A DNA stretch of 64,000 nt, taken from contig JAXMOU010000002.1 of assembly GCA_034669685.1 (NCBI GenBank), positions 943,230 through 1,007,229 on the forward strand, written 5' to 3'. Below, piece by piece: positions 39,401 to 47,290 of the stretch. Made by a program: the position numbers and the translations under genes. The stretch comes from Sneathiella sp. Lineage in GTDB: Bacteria; Pseudomonadota; Alphaproteobacteria; Sneathiellales; Sneathiellaceae. Numbering within the stretch: position 1 is the first letter of the stretch; the number at the start of each line of letters is the position of its first letter. Under the pieces are notes generated by a model. It saw only the letters and a program-made list of their open reading frames with translations, did not search any database and was not told the DNA's origin.

Positions 39401-39434
39401 AGAAGATTTAGGGGCTGCTGATTTCTTGATCTAG
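33411..39434 (+). CDS. Giant type I-secreted RTX protein: LamG x2 - VCBS x7 - LamG - right-handed beta-helix - RTX - LamG/secretion domain (~2007 aa)
   Basis: AGGAGA RBS before ATG 33411; no N-terminal signal peptide; repeated FTLSATFELNS...WHDVQVTYD...LDG modules; 100-aa GTYGSLSIDAAGNWAYT...GSNDAP repeats; HPDYIQFW beta-helix; GGDGDDILYGGWGQDVLEGGSGDD nonapeptides; C-terminal DLDGDLSTDMEIEL...ADFLI. Confidence 0.9.
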   Translation: MSTVTSQAELDLLSQAASEFGDGVVNLGRDPSMFGMESFTLSATFELNSLDGGRQRVLWNHTQYGIEVYGDDLRIALRASDGSLDYYKVPNIINNTGWHDVQVTYDASSGGLAIWLDGENIFSKDEIDVDLGEPRYWDVTAGGTAWGDQLDGQVADVSFHDEVLDIDGSQSTYDRMYSLDDGSLPEKISDQIEDDELDVEIPREQTETELLESAASEFGDGVVNLGRDPSMFGMESFTLSATFELNSLDGGRQRVLWNHTQYGIEVYGDDLRIALRASDGSLDYYKVPNIINNTGWHDVQVTYDASSGGLAIWLDGENIFSKDEIDVDLGEPRYWDVTAGGTAWGDQLDGQVADVSFHDEVLDIDGSQSTYDRMYSLDDGSLPSKPNEEDGPLENTEATISGVDTGAVEEDGVLTAKGKLTADDVDAGESGFVAGTVAGTYGSLSIDAAGNWAYTAADSAALQALGAGDTVVDKMTVTTPDGTTHTIAVTLEGSNDAPVISGVDTGSVAEDGPLQTVGKLTADDADAGESGFVAGIVQGKYGVLTIDAAGNWAYNASGNDALQALGEGDVVTEKLTVTTVDGTPQVITVSVSGTDDTVVISGVDTGTVEEDGVLTAKGKLTADDVDAGESGFVAGKVAGTYGSLSIDAAGNWAYTAADSAALQALGAGDTVVDKMTVTTPDGTTHTIAVTLEGSNDAPVISGVDTGTVEEDGVLTAKGKLTADDVDAGESGFVAGTVAGTYGSLSIDAAGNWAYTAADSAALQALGAGDTVVDKMTVTTPDGTTHTIAVTLEGSNDAPVISGVDTGSVAEDGPLQTVGKLTADDADAGESGFVAGIVQGKYGVLTIDAAGNWAYNASGNDALQALGEGDVVTEKLTVTTVDGTPQVITVSVSGTDDTVVISGVDTGTVEEDGVLTAKGKLTADDVDAGESGFVAGKVAGTYGSLSIDAAGNWAYTAADSAALQALGAGDTVVDKMTVTTPDGTTHTIAVTLEGSNDAPVISGVDTGTVEEDGVLTATGKLTADDVDASESGFVAGKVAGTYGSLSIDAAGNWAYTAADSAALQALGEGDTIVDKMIVTTLDGTTHSVDIAVNGKADPEVDLPKQSELLSAIASDFGDGVVNLGRDDALFDMDEFTISTTFELNSLDGGRQRVLWNHTQYGIEVNDDDLIVGLRTSDGQMEYVRIPDAFSAAGWHDVQVVYDENSTLNLYVDGAQVYSDMNVDVSLSGSSYWDVIAGGSPWGDELDGRVADVSIVGNSSEISQSDSIYERMYELDSEDLLHITQAKVEESFDDVTNYNLESSYVPPAADVGDVVTVSNAEELSAVLSSGVSGITIKLEAGDYVGIDISNINPDLEIVITSADLNNQARLSDLHIDGSSNLTFDAIDFVANSASEVGYFIVDVDDSSNISFKNSLFGMGTEDLRDSGKIGISVADSNNISISENEFTWLTRGAGFDNVDGLEVNKNYIHNLRSDGFNFVAVKNTNIINNEFYDMHPSEGDHPDYIQFWTTGAPTGSSNVLISGNFMAQSGGGDSQGIFIKDEDNVGHSNFIIENNIIYQSAYNGIAVSGIDGLVLRENTVVSTAELEEKLWIIVYDAENAVVERNLTNKLLLDENIPSLNNIIVSMDEENYSVWFRAPLNAATNEISDFQILQEFEAGANVDRLLSQGDSYVGDSADNELKGDEYNNLIKGYSGADSLFGGDGDDILYGGWGQDVLEGGSGDDVFVFFNAFDSAGGIGQRDKILDFELGDKISLQGLVDGDLSFIGNADFFLPSMTTTDEEEFLARAAIEFGEGVTSLGKDGALFELADFTISVTFDLNSLSGGKQALLYSHTQYAIYVVDDSLSFEFNGINGDVVKAQVPGVFNETGWQDIQLIHDTNSNEMSLYSGGKLVYSQTTPEGFETAPKAYWDVTAGGTPWGYALDGRVADVSFLDQVLEIDVNESIVQRSMSIDYLDDLFDLGLETGNAQVSFNEETNLLSIDLDGDLSTDMEIELVGVNLEDLGAADFLI
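33455..34559 (+). repeat. Direct repeat of 511 bp, two copies (33455-33965 and 34049-34559, offset 594)
   Basis: By-eye comparison shows identical DNA; the translated LamG modules and the antisense shadow ORFs are also identical. Confidence 0.9.
34608..36700 (+). repeat. Tandem array of seven 300-bp VCBS/cadherin-like units (A-B-A'-A-B-A'-A''), including an identical ~868-bp duplication
   Basis: ISGVDTG codons recur at 34608, 34908, 35208, 35508, 35808, 36108 and 36408; 34630-35497 is identical to 35530-36397 line by line (offset 900). Confidence 0.92.
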
Positions 39435-39558
39435 TAGATTTAGGGATGATAAATAATTTACAGATTTCAATATAAAAGTTGAAAGATTAATTGCACTAGT
39501 TTTTGTTTAAAGCATGTTTCGGTCTCTAAAATTTTCAATTGGATATAAATAAAAATAA

Positions 39559-40803
39559 ATGGTAATGGGTAAAAGTAGGCGCAACGCAATTATATTTGTG
39601 TTTTTTCTAATCCTCACCTTACCCATTATCCTCTATGTGGGTGATATTAGGTTTTCAGTTTATCGGCTTTTTTTTCTGATAACGATTGGCCCTCTGTTTT
39701 TTCTTTGGGCCTCACAATCTGTCCGAAAAATAAATATTGTTGATATTCTTCTGATATTCTTCTGTATTTGGTCAAGTGCGGCCATAATAGTTAATCACTC
39801 TATTTCTGGAATGTGGCAAGCTGTTGGGGTTCAATTTATTGAGACGCTTGGACCATATTTGTTGGGTAGCTTATTAATACGAAATAAAGAAGATTTTAGA
39901 AAATTCATTAAGTATTATTTTTTAATAATATTGATATTCATTCCAATTGGGGTGATTGAATCATTAACAGCCAAGCAGGTGATAAATGATTTTTTTGGAA
40001 TGATTTTTCAGACATTCGAATGGTCTAACTATCCTCCAAGATTGGGTTTTTACAGAGTTCAAACTGTATTTGAACATCCTATACTCTTTGGTGTCTTTTG
40101 TTCTTCTGGCTTTTCTTTAGTTTACTTTTTGGGATTCAAAGGAAAAAGAGTTCGTAAAAGTAAATTTAAAGCCTTCCTAGTGATGTTTTGTACGTTTCTA
40201 TCTTTATCGATGGGGGCTTACGTTGCGGTCATTATACAAATAGGTATGATGGTTTGGGGGCATTTAACAAGGCGAATAAAAAATTCTTGGCTATGGCTGA
40301 TACTAGGCTTTGCGCTTATTTATATAGTTATTGATATCTTGTCCAATCGCTCGCCTGTTGCAGTGTTTGTGACTAAGTTTACATTTGACTCTCACACTTC
40401 TTATTTTCGAATTTTGATATGGGATCATGCAACTAGGAATGTTGCTGAAAACCCACTTTTCGGCCTTGCCTTTCACGAATGGAAAAGACCTTATTGGATG
40501 CCGCCAAGTATTGACAATTATTGGCTTGTCATTGCAGTTCGGTTTGGACTTCCTGCACTAATTTTTATGGTCGGTGGGTTCTTGTATTTGTTTTTAAAGA
40601 TTGCCTATACTAAATTTTCTGATCCAGTAGTTGCAGAAGCGAAAAAGGCTTATCTATATACATTGACAGGCCTTTTCGTAGCAATGTGTACAGTACACTT
40701 ATGGAACGCAACTTATGTCTTCTTCATGTTTTTAATAGGCGCAGGGGTTTGGTTCTTGAATCCTAAAACCTCTAAATCATTGGAGGAGGAGATAAAGAAA
40801 TAA
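39559..40803 (+). CDS. wzy: Wzy polymerase / O-antigen ligase-family membrane protein
   Basis: About 10-12 TM segments; RVQTVFEHPILFG, SLSMGA, FRILIW, SIDNYWL; located in an EPS cluster. Confidence 0.75.
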   Translation: MVMGKSRRNAIIFVFFLILTLPIILYVGDIRFSVYRLFFLITIGPLFFLWASQSVRKINIVDILLIFFCIWSSAAIIVNHSISGMWQAVGVQFIETLGPYLLGSLLIRNKEDFRKFIKYYFLIILIFIPIGVIESLTAKQVINDFFGMIFQTFEWSNYPPRLGFYRVQTVFEHPILFGVFCSSGFSLVYFLGFKGKRVRKSKFKAFLVMFCTFLSLSMGAYVAVIIQIGMMVWGHLTRRIKNSWLWLILGFALIYIVIDILSNRSPVAVFVTKFTFDSHTSYFRILIWDHATRNVAENPLFGLAFHEWKRPYWMPPSIDNYWLVIAVRFGLPALIFMVGGFLYLFLKIAYTKFSDPVVAEAKKAYLYTLTGLFVAMCTVHLWNATYVFFMFLIGAGVWFLNPKTSKSLEEEIKK

Positions 40804-40833
40804 TGCCTTTATTGAATGTAAAGATTAATACTT

Positions 40834-41637
40834 ATGACAAATAAAATAAAACAGTCTTTTGTCGTAATTGCTCTTGTAAATAACGATAAAACCTTAATGG
40901 AAAATTTAATGCGCTCTCCAATGATTGCTTCTGGGGAGGTAAAGGTACATGTGATCCGCGATGCAATTTCTGCGTCAAAGGCGTATAACGAAGCCATTGA
41001 AGAATTTCCAGGAGAAATAAAGATATTTGCACATCAAGATATCTATTTTCCCGGAAATTGGTTAGATAATTTAAAGCTCTCAATTCGAGAATTAAATTTG
41101 ATGGATGCTGCTTGGGTTTGGCTGGCTCCTTTCGGAGTTTCAAATCAAAATATTCACGTTGGTGAAGTATGGTCTTCAAGTCTGGGAGGCATAATAGGTG
41201 CTAAGCCTAATGGGTTCGTTGAAGCTCAGAGTTTTGATGAAATGACGTTAATTTTAAATGCTGATTCCGATAGTAGGTTTGATGAGCGGCTGCCTGGTTT
41301 CCACTTGTTTGGTACAGATATAGTGTGCACAGCAAAAGCCAATGGCAAGAAATGTTATATTTCTGATTTACCCCTTGTCCACAACGATTCATTCCATAAG
41401 CAGTTAGGTGCAGACTTTGTCGAGTGTTATCTGTTTATGTTGAGAAAGTGGTTTAGGGAATTGCCTATTAGAACCCCTGTTTTGTGGATTGACTGGGTAG
41501 GCTGGAGCTTATGCATACAGCGTTTGAAAATGTGGAAATCTATAGAAAAACGTAGATCTATTGCTTTAAATACAGATTTAGACCCTCAGGAAATTGCCCA
41601 AAAGTGTAATTGGGAAAAGCCGAGTGAGTCTAATTGA
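40834..41637 (+). CDS. GT-A fold glycosyltransferase (GT2-like)
   Basis: SASKAYNEAI, FAHQDIYFP, SFDE, FDERLPGFHLFGTDIV. Confidence 0.8.
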   Translation: MTNKIKQSFVVIALVNNDKTLMENLMRSPMIASGEVKVHVIRDAISASKAYNEAIEEFPGEIKIFAHQDIYFPGNWLDNLKLSIRELNLMDAAWVWLAPFGVSNQNIHVGEVWSSSLGGIIGAKPNGFVEAQSFDEMTLILNADSDSRFDERLPGFHLFGTDIVCTAKANGKKCYISDLPLVHNDSFHKQLGADFVECYLFMLRKWFRELPIRTPVLWIDWVGWSLCIQRLKMWKSIEKRRSIALNTDLDPQEIAQKCNWEKPSESN

Positions 41638-42948
41638 ATGAATGTTCTTATAAAATTTAGGTCTAAGCTTGCGAATGCTGAAAGTCGGTCAATTGTCAGG
41701 TTTTTTTGCGTCGTATTTCCGCTTAATTTTGGTGGTTTCGGGTTGCAATTTTTGACAGCCATTATTTTGGCTAGACTGATGGAAGTTAGTGAATATGGCT
41801 CGTATGTATATGCATTTACCTTAGCAACAGTGCTCGCACTTTTTGTTGGATCTGGGCTAGATCAACTTGCATTGAGGGAAATTCCAAAATTATTAATTGG
41901 TGATAACAAGCGGGAGTTGTTTGGGTTCTGCGGGAATTTACTTATAAACTTACTTTCGCAGTCACTTGGCGTTTTTTTTGTATTCTATTTGTTGATTTAT
42001 ACAGAGTTTCTCTCTTTTAACGTTAGTTTTGTTTTGGTTTTGCTTGTCGCTTTGTTTTTGGGCTTAAGCAATGTGGTTGTTGGTGCCTTGCAATCTGTTG
42101 GTTTCGTTGTGTTTCCTCAAGTATGTATTCGCTTGCTACAACCTCTAATTCTCTTTATTTCTATAATAATTTACAATAGCTTCTTTGCTAATATTACGCC
42201 AAGCATTGTTTTGAAATTTTATGTTTGTATCAGCGGGCTGACTGTCGCGCTTTTATCCAGTAAACTGGTTTTACATCTCACACCAAGGCTTAACGGAAGC
42301 AAAATTATTATTAGGAATTCTATTCCTATGTTCTGGACTGGCATTTCAGTCGCCTTCGTCGGTGTATCGTATGTCTTAAATACTAATATTGATACACTAA
42401 TGATCAATTGGTATCTAGGCGACGAAGAGGTTGGTTTGTATAGAATTGCAAATCGGGGTGCGTTGGTAGTGGGTGTGTGTCTAATCGTAATGAATCAGGT
42501 GTTGTATCCTGTTCTTTCAAAGCAATTAGCTTCATCAGATACACGCAATGTGCAACAGCTAATCAATATTGCAACAATGCTATTGTTTGTGTTTGGTAGT
42601 ATTAGTTTCGCTATAATGTATTTAGGTGTTGATTATTTTATTGCTTTATTTGGTGATCAATATGAGGGGAGCCGGCTTTCCTTAAGGATTTTATTACTAG
42701 GAGCTTGGTTTGACGTATTCCTGGGAGTGGTCGGCCCAATTTTATTTCTACATAATAAAGAGCGACTACTAATAACTGCAAATGTAGTTGGAATAGGTAT
42801 AAATATTACATTGAATTCAATTTTGTTGCCAGTGATTGGAGTTGAAGGAGCCGCCGTCGCTACCGTTGTCGCCTTGTTAATTGCTAGGATTTTGTTAGTT
42901 TTTTTCGTGCATAGAAATACAAAATTTAAAATTCTTTCATATAGTTAG
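41638..42948 (+). CDS. wzx: Wzx flippase / oligosaccharide repeat exporter
   Basis: About 12 TM segments; ILARLMEVSEYGSY, NIDTLMINWYLGDEEVGLYRIA, LLPVIGVEGAAVATV. Confidence 0.88.
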   Translation: MNVLIKFRSKLANAESRSIVRFFCVVFPLNFGGFGLQFLTAIILARLMEVSEYGSYVYAFTLATVLALFVGSGLDQLALREIPKLLIGDNKRELFGFCGNLLINLLSQSLGVFFVFYLLIYTEFLSFNVSFVLVLLVALFLGLSNVVVGALQSVGFVVFPQVCIRLLQPLILFISIIIYNSFFANITPSIVLKFYVCISGLTVALLSSKLVLHLTPRLNGSKIIIRNSIPMFWTGISVAFVGVSYVLNTNIDTLMINWYLGDEEVGLYRIANRGALVVGVCLIVMNQVLYPVLSKQLASSDTRNVQQLINIATMLLFVFGSISFAIMYLGVDYFIALFGDQYEGSRLSLRILLLGAWFDVFLGVVGPILFLHNKERLLITANVVGIGINITLNSILLPVIGVEGAAVATVVALLIARILLVFFVHRNTKFKILSYS

Positions 42949-42982
42949 TTTCGACTCCCTACTTAGAAAAAGGTGAATTGAG

Positions 42983-43852
42983 TTAGCGTTCAGATTGGTT
43001 GTATTTTTTTATTAGAGAAACCGTTTGTTTGATATTTTGACGGCTAGATGCACCAAATACAATAGATTCTATTTTGGGTTGCGTCCCTACGTACTCGATG
43101 GCTTCGGCCGGTGGAATGGCACCTGAAGCGAAAATTGACATTGCTACGGGACGAAACTCTTTGGTTGCGATGAGCTTTTCGTAATCCTGAACTCCACCGC
43201 TCATGCGGAAACCTATCTTATTAATATTAGAGCAAATGATTGGGTTTTTTATCCCAATTTCATCCAGCGTTTCTAATAATAAAGGAAGGTTCATTGTTAT
43301 GAAGCCAGGCTCTGCATCATAATTTTCTACTATATGGTCGTAATAGCTTTTTAGCGCTTGTTTAGCCCCTAAGCCTAGCATTAAATCAGTTACAACATTT
43401 TGTAGAAAAATTACGGGTGTGGAGAGCCCTTTGAACATTTTCATTTCAGCGTCAATAAGTAACCCTATTGCTGCGTCTATGTCTTTTCTCGCTAATGACA
43501 TTCCGCCTTTAACTAAAGTGTTGAGTAATTTTCCCTCCGGGATTGCCATCTTCATCGTTCCCAAGTAACCCAATTCAGTGACGGCGTTGGCATATTTATG
43601 CGCGTAGGGCATACAAGGATAAAATGAGAAATTCTTATAATTATCCGGATGAGATCTCACATGATCGCAAATTTTGGAAATTGAATCATGAGTGGTGCAC
43701 ATGAAGACATTTATGCCTTCAGAAATTGCAATATCAAGGACCTTTATGACCTCATTTATGTCTTGAAATCTAATCGCTTGCGCCCTTGCTTTTTCCTCAG
43801 ACATGTGGTTTACACCAAAAAATTGGTTATCGCCGAATAGTATTTTTTCCAT
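42983..43852 (-). CDS. Conserved hypothetical protein, possibly aldo/keto-reductase-like TIM barrel
   Basis: MEKILFGDNQFFGVNH N-terminus reminiscent of AKR-like proteins; VAMSIFASGAI, SIVFGASS; co-oriented with the Gfo/Idh/MocA gene. Confidence 0.6.
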   Translation of the reverse strand: MEKILFGDNQFFGVNHMSEEKARAQAIRFQDINEVIKVLDIAISEGINVFMCTTHDSISKICDHVRSHPDNYKNFSFYPCMPYAHKYANAVTELGYLGTMKMAIPEGKLLNTLVKGGMSLARKDIDAAIGLLIDAEMKMFKGLSTPVIFLQNVVTDLMLGLGAKQALKSYYDHIVENYDAEPGFITMNLPLLLETLDEIGIKNPIICSNINKIGFRMSGGVQDYEKLIATKEFRPVAMSIFASGAIPPAEAIEYVGTQPKIESIVFGASSRQNIKQTVSLIKKYNQSER

Positions 43853-43891
43853 AGAATTCTCGTTACTTAAATTTATTTTTTGATGTCAAGC

Positions 43892-44986
43892 TTATGAAAG
43901 TTTTTTCCAAAACGAAGCTTTTTTCGAAGAGCCAGTTTCAGTGTTGCTTTGAACTTCTATTGGTATTGATGGAATACTATTTGCGTCCAGAATGGATTTG
44001 GCTATCTGGTCTGTATCGACAGCAGATCTAAAAGTATTTTCACCATCTATTCGATTTGTCAAAATACTCTCCACAAAATAGTCAATTTGTCGTGAGTACT
44101 CTTCACCTCTTAAATAGTATTCGACTGGAGCAGTGAGTTCAGTTGTGTATTTGACATTCCATCCATTATGATAGTCCGCTAGGTTCGCAGTATTTTGACG
44201 CAAGTACATTTGTACCTCTTGTCTATCGGCCGTGATTCTTCCGTTTGTACCCCAGACGTGAACCTTCGTAGACATTTTACGAAAACTTTCATCACTCCAG
44301 TTCGAGAGCAATTGTCCAGTGGTGCCGTCCTCGTATTCAAATAACGCGTAGACTTCGTCATCGACATCGTTTGAGAAAACAGAGTTCAGACTTGAAGCCC
44401 TAATACCTTCGGGCTTGCCGACACAAAAATTCATTAAATCAATAGCATGGCACGCGTAATCATATAAACATCCGCCGCCTTCGTTTTTATTGGACCGCCA
44501 TGATTTCCCTTTGGGTCTTAGTACAACAGGCCCATATGCTTCTGCTCTTATGTTGTGCACAGTTCCGATTGCGCCCTGCTCGATAAGTCTCTTAGCTTCA
44601 AGAAAAGCTCCGACAAATCTGTAATGATAACCAACTTGGTTTACCAGGCGTTCTTTTATCGCAATTTCTGCTAATGAGCGGCCAACTGCAGGGTCCAAAC
44701 AAAATGGTTTTTCGCAGAAAATATGTAGCTTTAAATCAAGACATTCCTTGACAATTTTTGCATGTGAGCTAGACGGAGTTGCAACAACGACTGCATCAAG
44801 CGTTTCTTTTTGAAGCAATTTTTTATAGTCACTGTAAGTTTTAACGCCAGTAGCTTCGTTGGCATAATCTAACACAAATTTAGAGCTGTCACATACAGCT
44901 ACTAAATTTACGCCTTTGTGGGCATTAAGGATCGCAAAGTGAGAAATACCCATTTTGCCTAAGCCTATTAGCGCTACATTTATCAT
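43892..44986 (-). CDS. Gfo/Idh/MocA-family NAD(P)-dependent oxidoreductase
   Basis: IGLGKMG, VVVATP, HIFCEKP, QVGYHYRF, GGGCLYDYACHAID. Confidence 0.92.
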   Translation of the reverse strand: MINVALIGLGKMGISHFAILNAHKGVNLVAVCDSSKFVLDYANEATGVKTYSDYKKLLQKETLDAVVVATPSSSHAKIVKECLDLKLHIFCEKPFCLDPAVGRSLAEIAIKERLVNQVGYHYRFVGAFLEAKRLIEQGAIGTVHNIRAEAYGPVVLRPKGKSWRSNKNEGGGCLYDYACHAIDLMNFCVGKPEGIRASSLNSVFSNDVDDEVYALFEYEDGTTGQLLSNWSDESFRKMSTKVHVWGTNGRITADRQEVQMYLRQNTANLADYHNGWNVKYTTELTAPVEYYLRGEEYSRQIDYFVESILTNRIDGENTFRSAVDTDQIAKSILDANSIPSIPIEVQSNTETGSSKKASFWKKLS

Positions 44987-45040
44987 TCCATTAAATTCCA
45001 GCTTATAAAAAGTTTGTAAAACACTTAATTTTGTTTTTGT

Positions 45041-45520
45041 CTATGAGATTATAGTTTCTCTGACGAAAGAGATAAAATTTTCAGGCGCGGACAGTGAAAA
45101 AATTTGTTTGTCACGTTCTTGGTTTTTTGCCTCTGAAATTTTCGCAGAAATATCATCATCTCTATATGAGATAATTAGTTCCTTGTTCTTGCGTAACCAA
45201 TCAGCGGTATGAATTTGATGGTCAGTTGTATGTTCGCCAGTATCTGCATATCGAGGCACTAACAAAACGGGTTTATTGTACTCAATAGCGGAAAATACAC
45301 TTCCCATCCCCGCATGAGCAACCAAGAGGTCGCATTGAGAGACCAGATCCATGAACTTAGAGCTTGTGAGCATCCGGTGCCATTCCATATTTTCTGGAAT
45401 GTAATTTCCGCCACCAATTTGGCATACTACCTTTTCATCGCGATTGCTTTTAGACCAATTGTCCATACTTTGAACTAGACGATCAAAAGGCAACATTGAA
45501 CCAACAGTAACAAAAATCAT
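45041..45520 (-). CDS. pssE: PssE/CpsG-type glycosyltransferase subunit (GT28-C-like)
   Basis: MIFVTVGSMLPFDRLV, QIG, VAHAGMGS, PVLLVPR, EHTTDHQ. Confidence 0.82.
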   Translation of the reverse strand: MIFVTVGSMLPFDRLVQSMDNWSKSNRDEKVVCQIGGGNYIPENMEWHRMLTSSKFMDLVSQCDLLVAHAGMGSVFSAIEYNKPVLLVPRYADTGEHTTDHQIHTADWLRKNKELIISYRDDDISAKISEAKNQERDKQIFSLSAPENFISFVRETIIS

Positions 45521-45972
45521 ATGACACTACCTTTCCATTTCGGTCCATCGTCACTTGAAAGATGTTCCCATTGGGTTAGCCAAACGTCTGCAACATGCCG
45601 CGCCATCTTTCCGGATGTCGATAGCGTTTCAATATTTGCAACACTATCTATCCATATGGTTTTTGAGCGAAGAAATATTTTTGCGAATGCGAGAGCAAAA
45701 AGTGCTGGTGCAGACCCTGTAGTTATCACGACATTAGGACGAATTTTCAATATTAATAAACTTATTTCAAATGCCGATTTTAACGACTTTAATTTATTAA
45801 ACCGAGAGAAGTCAGTGAAAGTCAAATAATCTGAACCGGCCACCATCGATGAATAGTCTTTGTATACGGAGGCATATGTGACATCTAAGCCTTCGAAAGC
45901 AGGTTTTAGGCGGCAAAGCTGCCACCAATGTCCTCCTCCGGAGGAAATTGCGAGAATTTTGTTATTATGCAT
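45517..45972 (-). CDS. pssD: PssD/CpsF-type glycosyltransferase subunit (Alg14-like)
   Basis: LAISSGGGHWWQL, RPNVVITTGSAPA, IWIDSVAN, STSGK, LTQWEH; ATGA overlap with pssE. Confidence 0.82.
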   Translation of the reverse strand: MHNNKILAISSGGGHWWQLCRLKPAFEGLDVTYASVYKDYSSMVAGSDYLTFTDFSRFNKLKSLKSAFEISLLILKIRPNVVITTGSAPALFALAFAKIFLRSKTIWIDSVANIETLSTSGKMARHVADVWLTQWEHLSSDDGPKWKGSVI

Positions 45973-46013
45973 CAGAGAAAATATTGTCCTGTTTGCGATT
46001 TAAGAATTTGTGC

Positions 46014-46943
46014 CTATTTCCAATACTGAATTGGATCTAATTTCTCTTGGTTTTTTAAGTAAAATAGTAGCATGGCCTTGGCCCGATAAAATCTACACCA
46101 AAATAGAATAGGAATTGCTTTTAGTTTATAGGTTATCTTGGGTAGTTTAGGGTCGAGTAATGCCTTGAAAATATGTGCAAAGGGTGACAACGCTGTCATG
46201 ATTGATAGAAACGGCCAGCGAATAAAGAAGCCTTTTCCTGTTTTTTCTGAATTGTACTTCATCGCTATCTGACGATTCCATTTTGATCTTAACTCATTTA
46301 GAGTCTGTCGAGCAGGGTGGAAAACTTTACAGTTTTTTGCGTAATAGAATTTAGCTCCCTTTTTTGTAGCGCGATGACACCAATCTGTATCCTCTGCAAC
46401 TCCGTCTCTAAATTCCCCAACGTGGTGGAAAAATTTTTTGTAGACCCATAAGTTACCAGTTGCTGCTTCTGATTTTTTTGCATAGTGCTCTTGATTGGTT
46501 AGGAAAATTATCTCGAAAGCTTCAACGCTATTTGGGACCAATTTTGAAGAAGCTAAAGTTATTTCACCGGCGACGACAGAATCCTGATTCAATGAAGTAA
46601 TAAAATCAAATCCATTTTTTATGAAATCAGTGTCAAGAGTACAATCGCAATCTGTAAATGCTAGAATCCTGCCTTTTGCAACTTTGATACCTGCATTTCG
46701 AGCCGCGGCGGCACCTCTTTTTGTTTCAATCACAGTAGTCAAAAGAAATTGGTATGAAGAACAGTCAATCTTGAATTCAGCAGAACCGTTGTCGCATACA
46801 ATGACTTCGAAGAGGTTTAAATTAAAATCTTGTTGTGCTATTGAGGACAAACAGTTCTCAAGGCGTTTTTGGTCATTGAAGTGGGGTATGATGATACTAA
46901 CCTCAATTGAACTTTCACTTAATTTATTTTTTTGAGCTTGCAT
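46014..46943 (-). CDS. GT2 glycosyltransferase (SpsL/PssC-like)
   Basis: VSIIIPHFND, VCDNGS, GAAAARNAG, AFTDCDC (DxD), AEDTDWC, FHPAR. Confidence 0.85.
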   Translation of the reverse strand: MQAQKNKLSESSIEVSIIIPHFNDQKRLENCLSSIAQQDFNLNLFEVIVCDNGSAEFKIDCSSYQFLLTTVIETKRGAAAARNAGIKVAKGRILAFTDCDCTLDTDFIKNGFDFITSLNQDSVVAGEITLASSKLVPNSVEAFEIIFLTNQEHYAKKSEAATGNLWVYKKFFHHVGEFRDGVAEDTDWCHRATKKGAKFYYAKNCKVFHPARQTLNELRSKWNRQIAMKYNSEKTGKGFFIRWPFLSIMTALSPFAHIFKALLDPKLPKITYKLKAIPILFWCRFYRAKAMLLFYLKNQEKLDPIQYWK

Positions 46944-47290
46944 TTCAGAAGATAGATCTCCAGTTGATTTTGTAAAATAAGTTGGAGGAAATTATTTTAA
47001 ATATTATTAACGCCACAGTTGATTTTATTTGTTCAAATTTGGTTAGCAAAATACTTTATAGCAATGAGGAACCTCATCTAACAGTTTTCTTTTTTGTGAA
47101 GATAGGCAGATAAATGTTATTTTGAGCAGGGGTATTGATTTTTACAATTTAACTCTGTGTTTAGAATTTTAAGTGTAAATGTTTCTATGATTTCAAGCTG
47201 ATATTTTCTTTGAACAAAGAGTATTGGTCGCAATAAACGTAATAATAATTATGTAGTTTAGATCAACTACAGCTGGACTTGGACTTAATT

